A stretch of 64,000 nucleotides of DNA, from positions 64,001-128,000 of the forward strand of contig CAWBOC010000013.1 in NCBI GenBank assembly GCA_963790305.1, read 5' to 3'. Position numbers and translations under genes: made by a program. The notes beneath the pieces are model-generated. The model was not told the origin of the DNA, searched no databases, and saw nothing but the letters and a program-made list of their open reading frames with translations. The stretch comes from an uncultured Gemmatimonadaceae bacterium. GTDB taxonomy: Bacteria > Gemmatimonadota > Gemmatimonadetes > Gemmatimonadales > Gemmatimonadaceae. Shown here in pieces: positions 55,295-64,000 of the stretch; position 1 is the first letter of the stretch; each line of letters starts with the position of its first letter.

Positions 55295-56837
55295 ATGCAC
55301 AGACCGATAGCTCTTCTCGGTGTCGCGCTCTCGACGCTGATCGCCGGGCCGACGCAAGCGCAATTCGCTGGAGGGGACGCCGACGGCGGCGTCTACAGCA
55401 TGACGCTCCTCGGCATTCCGGTCTCGCCACGCGCCGTGGCGCTCGGTGAAGCGATGGCCGCGATCGATCGCGATCCGTCCGCCATTTGGTATAACGCCGC
55501 CGGCATGCTCGGATTGCGCACCAACGCGTTCACCGTCAACGCGCAGCAGCGGTTTGCGCAGACGCAGGTGCTCGGCGCTGCGGTGACGTTTCCCACCGAG
55601 ATCGCGACGTTCGGCATCGCCGCGCGTGCGTTCAACGGCGGAACGATCGAAGGACGCAGCGAGGGGGAGCCAACCGGCGGTGACGTCCGTGCGTTCCAAT
55701 GGGCGCTCGAAGGTGGCGGCGCGTTGCAGCTCGCCCGGTGGTGGCGGTGGGGCGGTACCCTGATGTTCACGCAGGAGCAGCTCGGCGACGCCAGCGAGGC
55801 ATCCGTCGGCGTCAATTCGGGAATGCAGTTCCCCGACATTCTCTTCGGTCGCCTAACGCTCGCCGGCGGCATCCGCAACTGGGGCACGAACGTCAACTTC
55901 GATGAGAGCTTCGAGGGCTTCTCGCCGCCGCAGATGTTCTATTTTGGCGCGGGGATCGATGTCTTCCGCCGGCGGAACCTCATCCAGACGCCGATGCTCT
56001 TCCGCGGGCAGCCGATCATTTTCGACGCCAAGGTGGTGGGACAGTTCAACGTGCCCGGACCGGATGGAGCCCTACGTCGGGCTCGGCGTCGAGGCGACCG
56101 TGAACGGCGTCGCCATCGGCCGCATTGGGTACCAGACGGGCGACGACAACCGCTCGGGAATCTCCCTCGGCGCGGGCGTGAACGTCGGCCAGTTCCGCCT
56201 GGAATACGCGTTCCGGAACTACAAGAATGGTGGCGCCGGCTTCTTCGAGAACGATCCGGTGGGCGACGCGCATAACGTGAGCTTCACCTTCTTCTGGGGT
56301 GAGCGCGAGCGCAATGAGCCGGTCGTCCCCGTGGTCGTCGCCGCGCCGGTCGACACGGCCTCGATCAATGCCGCGGTTCGCGGCGCCATTCAGGAGCAGC
56401 TCGCGGCGCTCCGTCCGCTGCTCGATTCGCTGCGTGCGCAGCAGGTCACCATCGAGCAGGCGGATCTCGTATCGCGGTACATCGTCCCCGTCCACTTCGG
56501 GTTCGACTCCGCGGTCGTGCGCGAATCCGACTTCGAGGTCCTGGGCAACGTCGCGGAGGTCATTCGTCGCGTGTATCCGACGGCGCTCGTGACGATCGAG
56601 GGATTCGCCGATCCGGCGGGGTCCGTGCAATACAATCTCGATCTCTCTCGCCGCCGCGCTCAAGCGGTTCGCGAGGTCATGATCTCGCGCTTCAACCTCC
56701 CGTCGCAGCAATTCCGCGCGGTGGGATACGGGGAGCAGACTCAGCGACAGATCATTCCCGGCGCGCGGCGCGACGATCCAGGCGCCCAATCGAACCGGCG
56801 CGTGGTCTTCACCATCGACGCGACGCAGCGGTTCTAG
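55295..56837 (+). CDS. PorV/PorQ(FadL-superfamily)-like beta-barrel fused to an OmpA-like peptidoglycan-binding domain (frameshift near 56060)
   Basis: [16 protein letters not shown]...[11 protein letters not shown]; barrel end GISLGAG..FRLEYAF; OmpA motifs [33 protein letters not shown]. Confidence 0.75.
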
Positions 56838-56866
56838 CAATCTTCGCCGAGCGAGTGCATCATTCG

Positions 56867-56898
56867 CGACGGGCGAGAGAGCGATCTCTCGCCCGTCG
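56867..56898. terminator. 14-bp perfect hairpin with GCGA loop
   Basis: cgacgggcgagaga-gcga-tctctcgcccgtcg about 30 nt after the stop; no U-tract. Confidence 0.55.
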
Positions 56899-56976
56899 TG
56901 CGTCCGGAGGGCACCTACCTCCGAGCTTAATTCGTCGCCGACGATTTGCGCCGGCGCGCACAACCAGAGCCTCCCT

Positions 56977-58285
56977 GTGCAGATCACTGTCATCGGGACC
57001 GGGTACGTCGGTCTCGTCGTTGGCGCCTGCCTCGCTGAAACCGGAAACGACGTCATCGGCGCCGACACCGACGCGGCGAAGATCGAGAAGCTGCGCCAGA
57101 ATATCCTGCCGATTTATGAGCCTGGCCTCGACGACTACGTCGAACGGAATCAGGCGCATGGACGTCTCACGTTCACGACGGATATTCCACAAGCGATCGC
57201 GGCAGCCGAGGTCATCTTCATCGCCGTCGGGACGCCGCCTGACGAGGATGGCTCGGCGGACCTTCGCCACGTGCTGATGGTGGCGGAGCAGATCGGACGC
57301 CACGCGAGCCGCGAGCTCGTGGTGGTGACCAAGTCGACGGTGCCGGTCGGTACGGCGGCAAAGGTTGAGGAAGTCATCAGCCAGCATTCGCGGTGGCCCG
57401 TCCACGTGTGCAGCAACCCGGAGTTTCTCAAAGAGGGCGCCGCCGTCGAGGACTTCATGCGCCCCGATCGCGTCGTGCTCGGCGTGAGCACCGACCACGC
57501 GCGATCGGTCCTGGCGGAGCTCTACGCGCCCTTCGTTCGCACGGGGAAGCCGATCCTGTTCATGGATGTCGCCTCCGCCGAGCTTACCAAGTACGCGGCG
57601 AACGCCATGCTCGCCACGCGCATTTCTTTCATGAATGAGATCGCGAATCTCTGCGAGCGCGTTGGCGCGAACGTCGACCTCGTGCGGAAAGGAATCGGGT
57701 CCGACTCACGAATCGGAGCCGCCTTCCTGTTTCCCGGTCCCGGTTACGGCGGCTCGTGCTTTCCGAAGGATGTGAAGGCCCTCGTGCGGACATCCCGCAC
57801 ATGCCAGGCGCCACTAGGCATTCTGGAGGCGGTCGAGGCCGCCAACGAGCGACAGAAGCGGCGTCTCTTCGAGAAGCTGGAAGAAGTGCTCGGCGCGAGC
57901 CTGAAAGGGTCCCGGATAGCCGTCTGGGGATTGTCGTTCAAGCCGCAGACCGACGACATGCGCGAGTCGCCCGCCCTGATCCTCATCGATCAGCTGCTCG
58001 ACGCGGGCGCCTCCGTCGTCGCTCACGACCCGGTCGCGATTCCGGAAGCGCGACGCCGGCTGCAGCGATCGCGTCTCCTTCGCCGAGACGAGCTACGCGA
58101 CGCTCGAGGAGGCGGATGCGCTCGTGATCGTGACCGACTGGAACGAGTACCGCCATCCCGATCTCAAGCGCATCAGGGCGACGCTCAAGCGACCAATCGT
58201 CGTCGATGGCCGCAATCTGTACGATCCGGCCAAAATGCGGTCGCTCGGCTTCACCTATCTCTCGATCGGACGGGGTGAAGGGTGA
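56977..58285 (+). CDS. ugd: UDP-glucose 6-dehydrogenase (frameshift near 58065)
   Basis: [44 protein letters not shown]; tail VTDWNEY..VDGRNLY ends overlapping the next start. Confidence 0.93.
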
Positions 58286-59229
58286 GGGTACTCATCACCG
58301 GTGCGGCGGGATTTCTCGGATCGCATCTCAGCGACCGTTTTCTGACCGACGGTCACGACGTCATTGGCGTCGACAATCTCATCACCGGTACCGCCGAGAA
58401 CCTCGCACACCTCGAACGCGACAAGCGGTTCACCTTCATTCGGCAGGACGTCTCGCGTGCCCTAACGGTTGACGGTCCCGTGGATGGAGTGCTCCACCTC
58501 GCCTCTCCGGCGAGTCCGATCGATTACCTCGCGCATCCCATCGCGACGCTCGAGGCGGGCTCTCTCGGAACGCGAAACGGTCTCGAGCTTGCGCGCGCGC
58601 ATGGTGCGCGCTTTTTCATGGCGTCGACCTCCGAGGTGTACGGCGATCCGCTCGAGCACCCTCAACGCGAGACGTACTGGGGAAACGTGAATCCCGTGGG
58701 GCCGCGGAGTGTCTACGACGAAGCGAAGCGGTTTTCCGAGGCGCTCACGATGGCCTACCATCGCGATCTTGGGCTCGATACCCGCATCGTGCGGATCTTC
58801 AACACGTACGGCCCGCGCATGCGTCCGCGTGACGGTCGCGTGGTGTCGAACTTCATCGCGCAGGCGCTGTCTGGTGAGCCGCTCACGATCTACGGAGATG
58901 GCTCGCAGTCGCGCTCGTTCTGCTACGTCTCCGATGAGGTGGAAGGGATCTATCGCCTGTTCATGAACGGCGACGCCGAGCCGACCAACGTCGGAAACCC
59001 GGACGAGTTCACGGTTCGCCAGCTCGCCGATCTGGTGCTCGAGCTGACGGGCTCGAGGTCCAAGGTGGTGTCGAGGCCCCTTCCGACAGATGATCCCAAG
59101 GTGCGCCGTCCAGACATCACCAGAGCACGTGAGAGGCTCGGCTGGTCGCCTCAGGTCCCGTTGCGGGAGGGGTTGAAGCAGACGATCGAGTGGTTCGAGG
59201 AGCGGGAACGGGCGCTGGAAAAGCGCTAG
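58282..59229 (+). CDS. uxs: UDP-glucuronate decarboxylase (UDP-xylose synthase)
   Basis: [57 protein letters not shown]. Confidence 0.9.
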   Translation: MRVLITGAAGFLGSHLSDRFLTDGHDVIGVDNLITGTAENLAHLERDKRFTFIRQDVSRALTVDGPVDGVLHLASPASPIDYLAHPIATLEAGSLGTRNGLELARAHGARFFMASTSEVYGDPLEHPQRETYWGNVNPVGPRSVYDEAKRFSEALTMAYHRDLGLDTRIVRIFNTYGPRMRPRDGRVVSNFIAQALSGEPLTIYGDGSQSRSFCYVSDEVEGIYRLFMNGDAEPTNVGNPDEFTVRQLADLVLELTGSRSKVVSRPLPTDDPKVRRPDITRARERLGWSPQVPLREGLKQTIEWFEERERALEKR

Positions 59230-59340
59230 GGGCGCTGGGAAAAGCGCTGAGGGGAGCAACGCCGGTTTTCCAGCGCCGGTCCAGCGCCCTTAGCCCGTTT
59301 CCAGCGCCTTGTCGGTTCCTCAGCGCTTCTCCAGCGCCTC
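59211..59340. repeat. Degenerate tandem-inverted repeat array (RGCGCTRG / CCAGCGCC units)
   Basis: About 4 forward units followed by about 5-6 reverse-complement units at roughly 9-12 nt spacing; overlaps the uxs stop. Confidence 0.75.
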
Positions 59341-59422
59341 TGTACCCTCTAACTTCCTCTGTTTGTGCGCTTTTCGCGCTCCGGCTGAACCCCACGCCGC
59401 GCCCCGGTGTAGCATTCGCGAT

Positions 59423-60196
59423 ATGCCCGTTAATTCGATAGTCCGGACCGTGGCTGCGATCGCAATCGCGATCGTGCTCACGGCCTGCCGTGCCGATTTC
59501 GAGCTCAAGCGCTTCACCCAGGACACCGACCTGTACCAGGCGGCTCTTCGTGAGCTGCAGCATCGTCACTGGGACAACGCGGCCGCCGGGTTCGAGCGAC
59601 TGACCATCGAGCTCCCCGCGCGCGACACGCTCATGCCGCTGGCCTTTTACCATCTGGGCAAAGCACGGCAAGGCAAGAAGGAGTGGCTCCTGGCGGCGCA
59701 GGCGTTCACGCGAGTCACCGAGAGCTTTCCCGACGACACCCTCGCCGACGATGCCCTGTACGAGGCAGGCGTGTCCTACGGCCGGCTGTGGCGGAAGCCG
59801 GAGCTCGACGCGCAGTACGGCGAAACGGCCATCAGCACGCTGCGCATGATGCAGGGAATGTATCCGAATTCCCCGTTGAACGATGAGGCGCAGCGGGAGG
59901 TCGACCGCCTAACGAACTGGCTGGGGACGAAGACGTACGAGACCGGCATGTTCTACATGCGCCGGAAGGCGTACGATCCCGCGATCATCTACTTCAAGGA
60001 TGTGCTGCGCCTCTACCCGACGGCCCCGATCGCGCGCGAGGCGGGCATCAAGCTGGTCGAGGCGTACAACGAGATCAACTATCGCGAGGAGGCGCAGGAG
60101 CAGTGCGCTTCGCTGCGACAGAGCTATCCGAGCTCCGCGGAAGTCCGCGAGGTGTGCGGGAACGCGCCGGCCACGGCGCAGACGCCCACGCCTTGA
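59423..60196 (+). CDS. bamD: Outer membrane protein assembly factor BamD
   Basis: VLTAC lipobox; TPR helices; FYMRRKAYDPAIIYFKDVLRLYP. Confidence 0.85.
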   Translation: MPVNSIVRTVAAIAIAIVLTACRADFELKRFTQDTDLYQAALRELQHRHWDNAAAGFERLTIELPARDTLMPLAFYHLGKARQGKKEWLLAAQAFTRVTESFPDDTLADDALYEAGVSYGRLWRKPELDAQYGETAISTLRMMQGMYPNSPLNDEAQREVDRLTNWLGTKTYETGMFYMRRKAYDPAIIYFKDVLRLYPTAPIAREAGIKLVEAYNEINYREEAQEQCASLRQSYPSSAEVREVCGNAPATAQTPTP

Positions 60197-60199
60197 CGT

Positions 60200-60763
60200 G
60201 TGCGGCTCGGCGTCCTCGGAGGCACGTTCGATCCACCGCACATCGGGCACTTGCTCGCCGGCTCCGACGCCTTCGAGGCACTGGCGCTCGACCGGCTCCT
60301 GTTCGTTCCGGCGGCGGCGCACCCTTTCAAGAGGGACAGCGTCGGCGCGACGGCTCAGCAACGCGTTGACATGCTCGCGCTCCTGATCGCCGGCGACGTC
60401 CGGTTCGACATCGATACGATCGAAATCGAGCGGTCGGGGTTATCTTACACGGTCGACACGCTGGCCGACCTGGCCCGCCGCTATCCGGACGCAGAGCGCT
60501 TTTTTCTCATCGGCGAGGATCTCGTGGATCAGGTGGCCACGTGGCGCACCCCAGAGCGGCTGACGGAGCTCGCGGAGGTCGTCGTGCTGGCGCGCGGAGA
60601 CTCGCCTGACGGCGGGTCCGGACGCTTCCGCCGGCTCGCGACTCGCCGCGTCGACGTGTCATCGACGGAGATCCGCGCGCGGGCGCGCGCCGGTCTGCCA
60701 CTCCATGGATTTGTGCCCGATCCCGTCGCCGCGTATATCCGCGACGCCGGGCTGTATCGATAG
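60200..60763 (+). CDS. nadD: Nicotinate-nucleotide adenylyltransferase
   Basis: GGTFDPPHIGH, SYTVDTL, VSSTEIR, YIRDAGLY. Confidence 0.95.
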   Translation: MRLGVLGGTFDPPHIGHLLAGSDAFEALALDRLLFVPAAAHPFKRDSVGATAQQRVDMLALLIAGDVRFDIDTIEIERSGLSYTVDTLADLARRYPDAERFFLIGEDLVDQVATWRTPERLTELAEVVVLARGDSPDGGSGRFRRLATRRVDVSSTEIRARARAGLPLHGFVPDPVAAYIRDAGLYR

Positions 60764-60772
60764 AGGATCGTC

Positions 60773-63700
60773 ATGCTCAAGGGAATTGCCAAAGCGCTAT
60801 TCGGGACGCGACACGATCGCGAGCTGAAGCGCGTTCAGCCCATCCTCGACGAGATTCATCAGCACGAGCAGCGCCTCGCGTCGCTCGCTGATGACGAGGT
60901 GCAGGCGCAAACGCCGAAATTCCGGGCCGTCCTCAAGGAGCGGACGGAAGAGCTCGAGCGGAGGATCGCGGAGCTCAAGGAGAAGAAGCGCGTCACGAGC
61001 GATGCCGCCGAGCGCGAGCAGATCGACAACGAGCTCACCGGCCCGGACGGCCTGGGCGGACTCGAGCGGGAGCTGCGGGAGCTGATCGCCGACACGCTCG
61101 AGGAGATTCTTCCCGAGGTGTTCGCCACCGTTCGTGAGGCATCGCGCCGGCTGTTAGGCACGAAGCTCACGGTGACCGGCCACGAGATCGAGTGGAACAT
61201 GGTGCCGTACGATGTGCAGCTCATCGGCGGCATCCAGCTGCATCGCGGGCGCATCGCCGAGATGGCGACGGGCGAAGGGAAGACCCTCGTCGCCACGCTC
61301 CCGCTCTATCTCAACGCACTCCCCGGGAAGGGCGTGCATCTCGTCACCGTCAACTCGTACCTGGCCCGCCGCGACTCGCAGTGGATGGGGCACGTGTACA
61401 AATGGCTTGGCCTCACCGTCGGCTGCATTGATGACACCGAGCCGGGGACGCAGGACCGTCGCACGGGGTACCTGTGCGATATCACCTACGGCACGAACAA
61501 CGAGTTCGGCTTCGACTATCTGCGCGACAACATGGTCGTGTCCCTGGACCAGCGCGTGCAGCGCGGGCATCACTACGCCATCGTCGACGAAGTCGACTCC
61601 GTTCTCATCGACGAGGCGCGTACCCCGCTCATCATCTCCGGACCCGTCGGGAACGAGAGCGATCGGGATTACGCCCAATACAACGGGATGGTGTCACGCC
61701 TTGCGCGCGAGCAGACGGAGCTCGTCAACCGCCTCGTAGGCGAGGCAGAGCGCGCGCTGGAGAAAGGCGACACCGACGACGCCGCGACGAGCCTCTATCA
61801 GGCGAACCTCGGCGCCCCCAAGAACAAGCGGCTGCTCAAGGTGCTGCAGGAGCAGGGCAACCGGCAGCTGATGCAGAAGCGGGAGCTCGATGTCATTGCC
61901 GACCGCAAGATCCCGGCGGGCAAGCGACAGTTCTCCGACATCGAGGAGCGGCTCCTCTACGTCATCGATGAGAAAGGACACACCGTCCACCTCACCGATC
62001 GCGGCGTCGACGTACTGTCGCCGAGCGATCGCGATGCGTTCGTGCTGCCCGACATCAGCGAGGCGGTCCATCGGATCGATCATGATCCCGAGATGGTGCC
62101 ACAGGAGAAGGTCGACGCCCGCCTCACCGTGGAGCGCGATTACGCGTTGAAGAGCGAGAAGCTCAACATCGTGCACCAGCTCCTGCGCGCCCATTCACTG
62201 TACGAGCGCGATGTCAACTACGTCGTGCAGGAAGGCCAGGTCCTGATCGTCGACGAGTTCACCGGACGCACGATGCCAGGGCGACGGTGGTCAGAAGGTC
62301 TGCACCAGGCGATCGAGGCGAAGGAAGGAGTTCAGGTGAAGGGCGAGACGCAAACGCTCGCCACCATCACGATCCAGAACTACTTCCGGATGTACGAAAA
62401 GCTCGCCGGCATGACGGGCACGGCGGAGACGGAGGAGCAGGAGTTCTTCCAGATCTACAAGCTCGACGTCGCTGTGGTGCCGACGAATCAGCCGATGATC
62501 CGCGAAGACCGCCACGATCTCGTCTACAAGACGCGGCGGGAGAAATACAACGCAATCCTCGAAGAGGTGCAGCGTCTCCACTCGCTCGGCTTTCCGGTTC
62601 TCGTCGGAACGGTGAGCGTGGACGTCTCGGAGACCCTCTCGCGCACGTTCAAACGTGCGGGGATCGCGCATAACGTGCTGAACGCGAAGTACCACCAGCG
62701 GGAGGCAGAGATCATCGCCGGCGCGGGCCAGCCCGGCGCCGTGACGATCGCCACCAACATGGCCGGCCGCGGCACGGACATTAAGCTGGGCCAGGGCGTG
62801 ACCGAGGCCAAAGCGTCGACGGTGAAGGACGCCGACGGCAAGGATGTCGAGGTCACCGAGATGGGCGGGCTGCACATCATCGGATCGGAGCGGCACGAGT
62901 CCCGGCGCATCGACCGCCAGCTCCGCGGCCGCTCCGGGCGACAGGGTGACCCGGGGGCGTCGCAGTTCTTCCTGTCGCTCGAAGACGATCTCATGCGTCT
63001 CTTCGGATCCGAGCGCATCGCCAGGCTGATGGATCGGCTGGGCGCGCAGGAAGGCGAGGTGCTGACGCATCCTCTCATTACGCGGTCGATCTCCCAGGCG
63101 CAGAAGCGCGTCGAGCTCCAGAACTTCCAATCGCGCAAACGTCTTCTCGACTACGACGACGTAATGAACCAGCAGCGTGAGGTCATCTACTCGCTGCGGT
63201 CCTTCGCGCTGGAGGGTGGCGAGGAGCTCAAGGGCGAAGCACTGAAGATGGTCGAGAAGGCCATCTCGCGTCGCGTCGAGATGACGTTGGCGGAGTTCGA
63301 CGAGCCGGCGGAATGGGACATCGGGCTGCTGCGACAGGAGCTGCTCATGCACTACCTCGTCGCGGTCCCCGAGTTCGACGCCAAGGAGCCGCCATCCACG
63401 GTCGTGCCCGAATTGCAGGGAATGGCCGTGACAGCTGCCCGAGCCGCGTTCGATTCGAAGCTCCGGATGCTGGGCGACTTCTCCGGTCAGGTTCTGTCGC
63501 TCGTGACGCTGAACGTCATCGACCAGAAGTGGAAGGATCACCTGTACGATCTCGATCAATTGCGCGCCGCGATCGGGTATCGGGGATGGGGCCAGAAGGA
63601 TCCGCTGGTGGAGTACAAGCAGGAGGCCTACACGATGTTCGTGGACCTCATGCACGACATCCACAACACGTTCGCTGATCATCTCCTCAAGGTGCAGCTG

Positions 63701-64000
63701 CAGTTCGACGGGGGCGCTGGCGGGCCGGGTGGTGGGGGACCAGGTGGTGGGGGTTCCGGCGAAGTCCCGGCGCACAGGCCCCGTCCGCCACGGCCACCTG
63801 CGAAGCAGTTCAACGCCCTCGGGATCCTCGAGGACGTTCCGCAGCCCGCCGTCGCCGACGGAAACGGTGCCGGCGAGGAGGAGATCGACGTGGTCGATAT
63901 CGGTCCGGCGGAGCAGCCCTCGACCGAGCCGGTAGCGGTTCGTAAGGACCCGACGATTGTTGGGGCGGGGAAACTCCGCTCGCTCGAGCCGAAAGCGACG
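60773..64000 (+). CDS. secA: Preprotein translocase subunit SecA (3' end beyond the window)
   Basis: Open from ATG 60773 to the window end; EMATGEGKT, VDEVDSVLIDEARTPLIISG, GRRWSEGLHQA, ATNMAGRGTDI, RGRSGRQGDPG, QKDPLVEYK; absent from the ORF track because there is no stop in the window. Confidence 0.97.
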   Translation, partial: MLKGIAKALFGTRHDRELKRVQPILDEIHQHEQRLASLADDEVQAQTPKFRAVLKERTEELERRIAELKEKKRVTSDAAEREQIDNELTGPDGLGGLERELRELIADTLEEILPEVFATVREASRRLLGTKLTVTGHEIEWNMVPYDVQLIGGIQLHRGRIAEMATGEGKTLVATLPLYLNALPGKGVHLVTVNSYLARRDSQWMGHVYKWLGLTVGCIDDTEPGTQDRRTGYLCDITYGTNNEFGFDYLRDNMVVSLDQRVQRGHHYAIVDEVDSVLIDEARTPLIISGPVGNESDRDYAQYNGMVSRLAREQTELVNRLVGEAERALEKGDTDDAATSLYQANLGAPKNKRLLKVLQEQGNRQLMQKRELDVIADRKIPAGKRQFSDIEERLLYVIDEKGHTVHLTDRGVDVLSPSDRDAFVLPDISEAVHRIDHDPEMVPQEKVDARLTVERDYALKSEKLNIVHQLLRAHSLYERDVNYVVQEGQVLIVDEFTGRTMPGRRWSEGLHQAIEAKEGVQVKGETQTLATITIQNYFRMYEKLAGMTGTAETEEQEFFQIYKLDVAVVPTNQPMIREDRHDLVYKTRREKYNAILEEVQRLHSLGFPVLVGTVSVDVSETLSRTFKRAGIAHNVLNAKYHQREAEIIAGAGQPGAVTIATNMAGRGTDIKLGQGVTEAKASTVKDADGKDVEVTEMGGLHIIGSERHESRRIDRQLRGRSGRQGDPGASQFFLSLEDDLMRLFGSERIARLMDRLGAQEGEVLTHPLITRSISQAQKRVELQNFQSRKRLLDYDDVMNQQREVIYSLRSFALEGGEELKGEALKMVEKAISRRVEMTLAEFDEPAEWDIGLLRQELLMHYLVAVPEFDAKEPPSTVVPELQGMAVTAARAAFDSKLRMLGDFSGQVLSLVTLNVIDQKWKDHLYDLDQLRAAIGYRGWGQKDPLVEYKQEAYTMFVDLMHDIHNTFADHLLKVQLQFDGGAGGPGGGGPGGGGSGEVPAHRPRPPRPPAKQFNALGILEDVPQPAVADGNGAGEEEIDVVDIGPAEQPSTEPVAVRKDPTIVGAGKLRSLEPKAT

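Noticed and set aside
63708..63760. G-rich run near the end of secA as a G-quadruplex or repeat element
   Set aside because: Explained by a Gly/Pro-rich linker in the SecA C-terminal tail.

Overview
High-GC bacterial chromosomal window. Gene content and style suggest Gemmatimonadota, but that is my inference. Many genes are split by single-base frameshifts, most likely uncorrected long-read indels, so several CDS below are reconstructed by hand across frames. From left to right: pntB; a minus-strand amino-sugar/peptidoglycan salvage cluster (NagZ, serine hydrolase, two Na+/solute symporters, NagB-PIG-L fusion, BadF-type kinase, with an IscA/HesB gene inserted); ino1; 2-oxoacid dehydrogenase E1a/E1b/E2; a redox block containing a probable selenocysteine peroxiredoxin and trxB; an aspartase/fumarase, Rrf2 regulator, tRNA-Leu(CAG), smpB, amidase and pyrD/pyrF; a stand-alone rpmJ-rpsM-rpsK-rpsD-rpoA-rplQ-rpmB operon; a surface-polysaccharide locus (gmd, rmd-like, carB, DegT, PglF/CapD, Wzi-like, wza, wzc ... 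ugd, uxs); then bamD, nadD and secA (truncated by the window edge). The best candidate for an undescribed system is a RiPP-like cassette coupled to wzc inside the polysaccharide locus (48.1-52.4 kb). It encodes a nucleotidyltransferase, an S24/S26 peptidase, an HPr-kinase-like protein, a PqqD/RRE chaperone, a radical SAM-SPASM enzyme and a 60-aa three-Cys precursor ending in Ser. It is followed by a T9SS-like module: a cargo with a CTD-like tail next to a PorV-like/OmpA fusion. Other signals are heptamer-built palindromic elements (one inserted in frame in nagB) and a recurrent CGTTAGGC motif that uses rare Leu codons.
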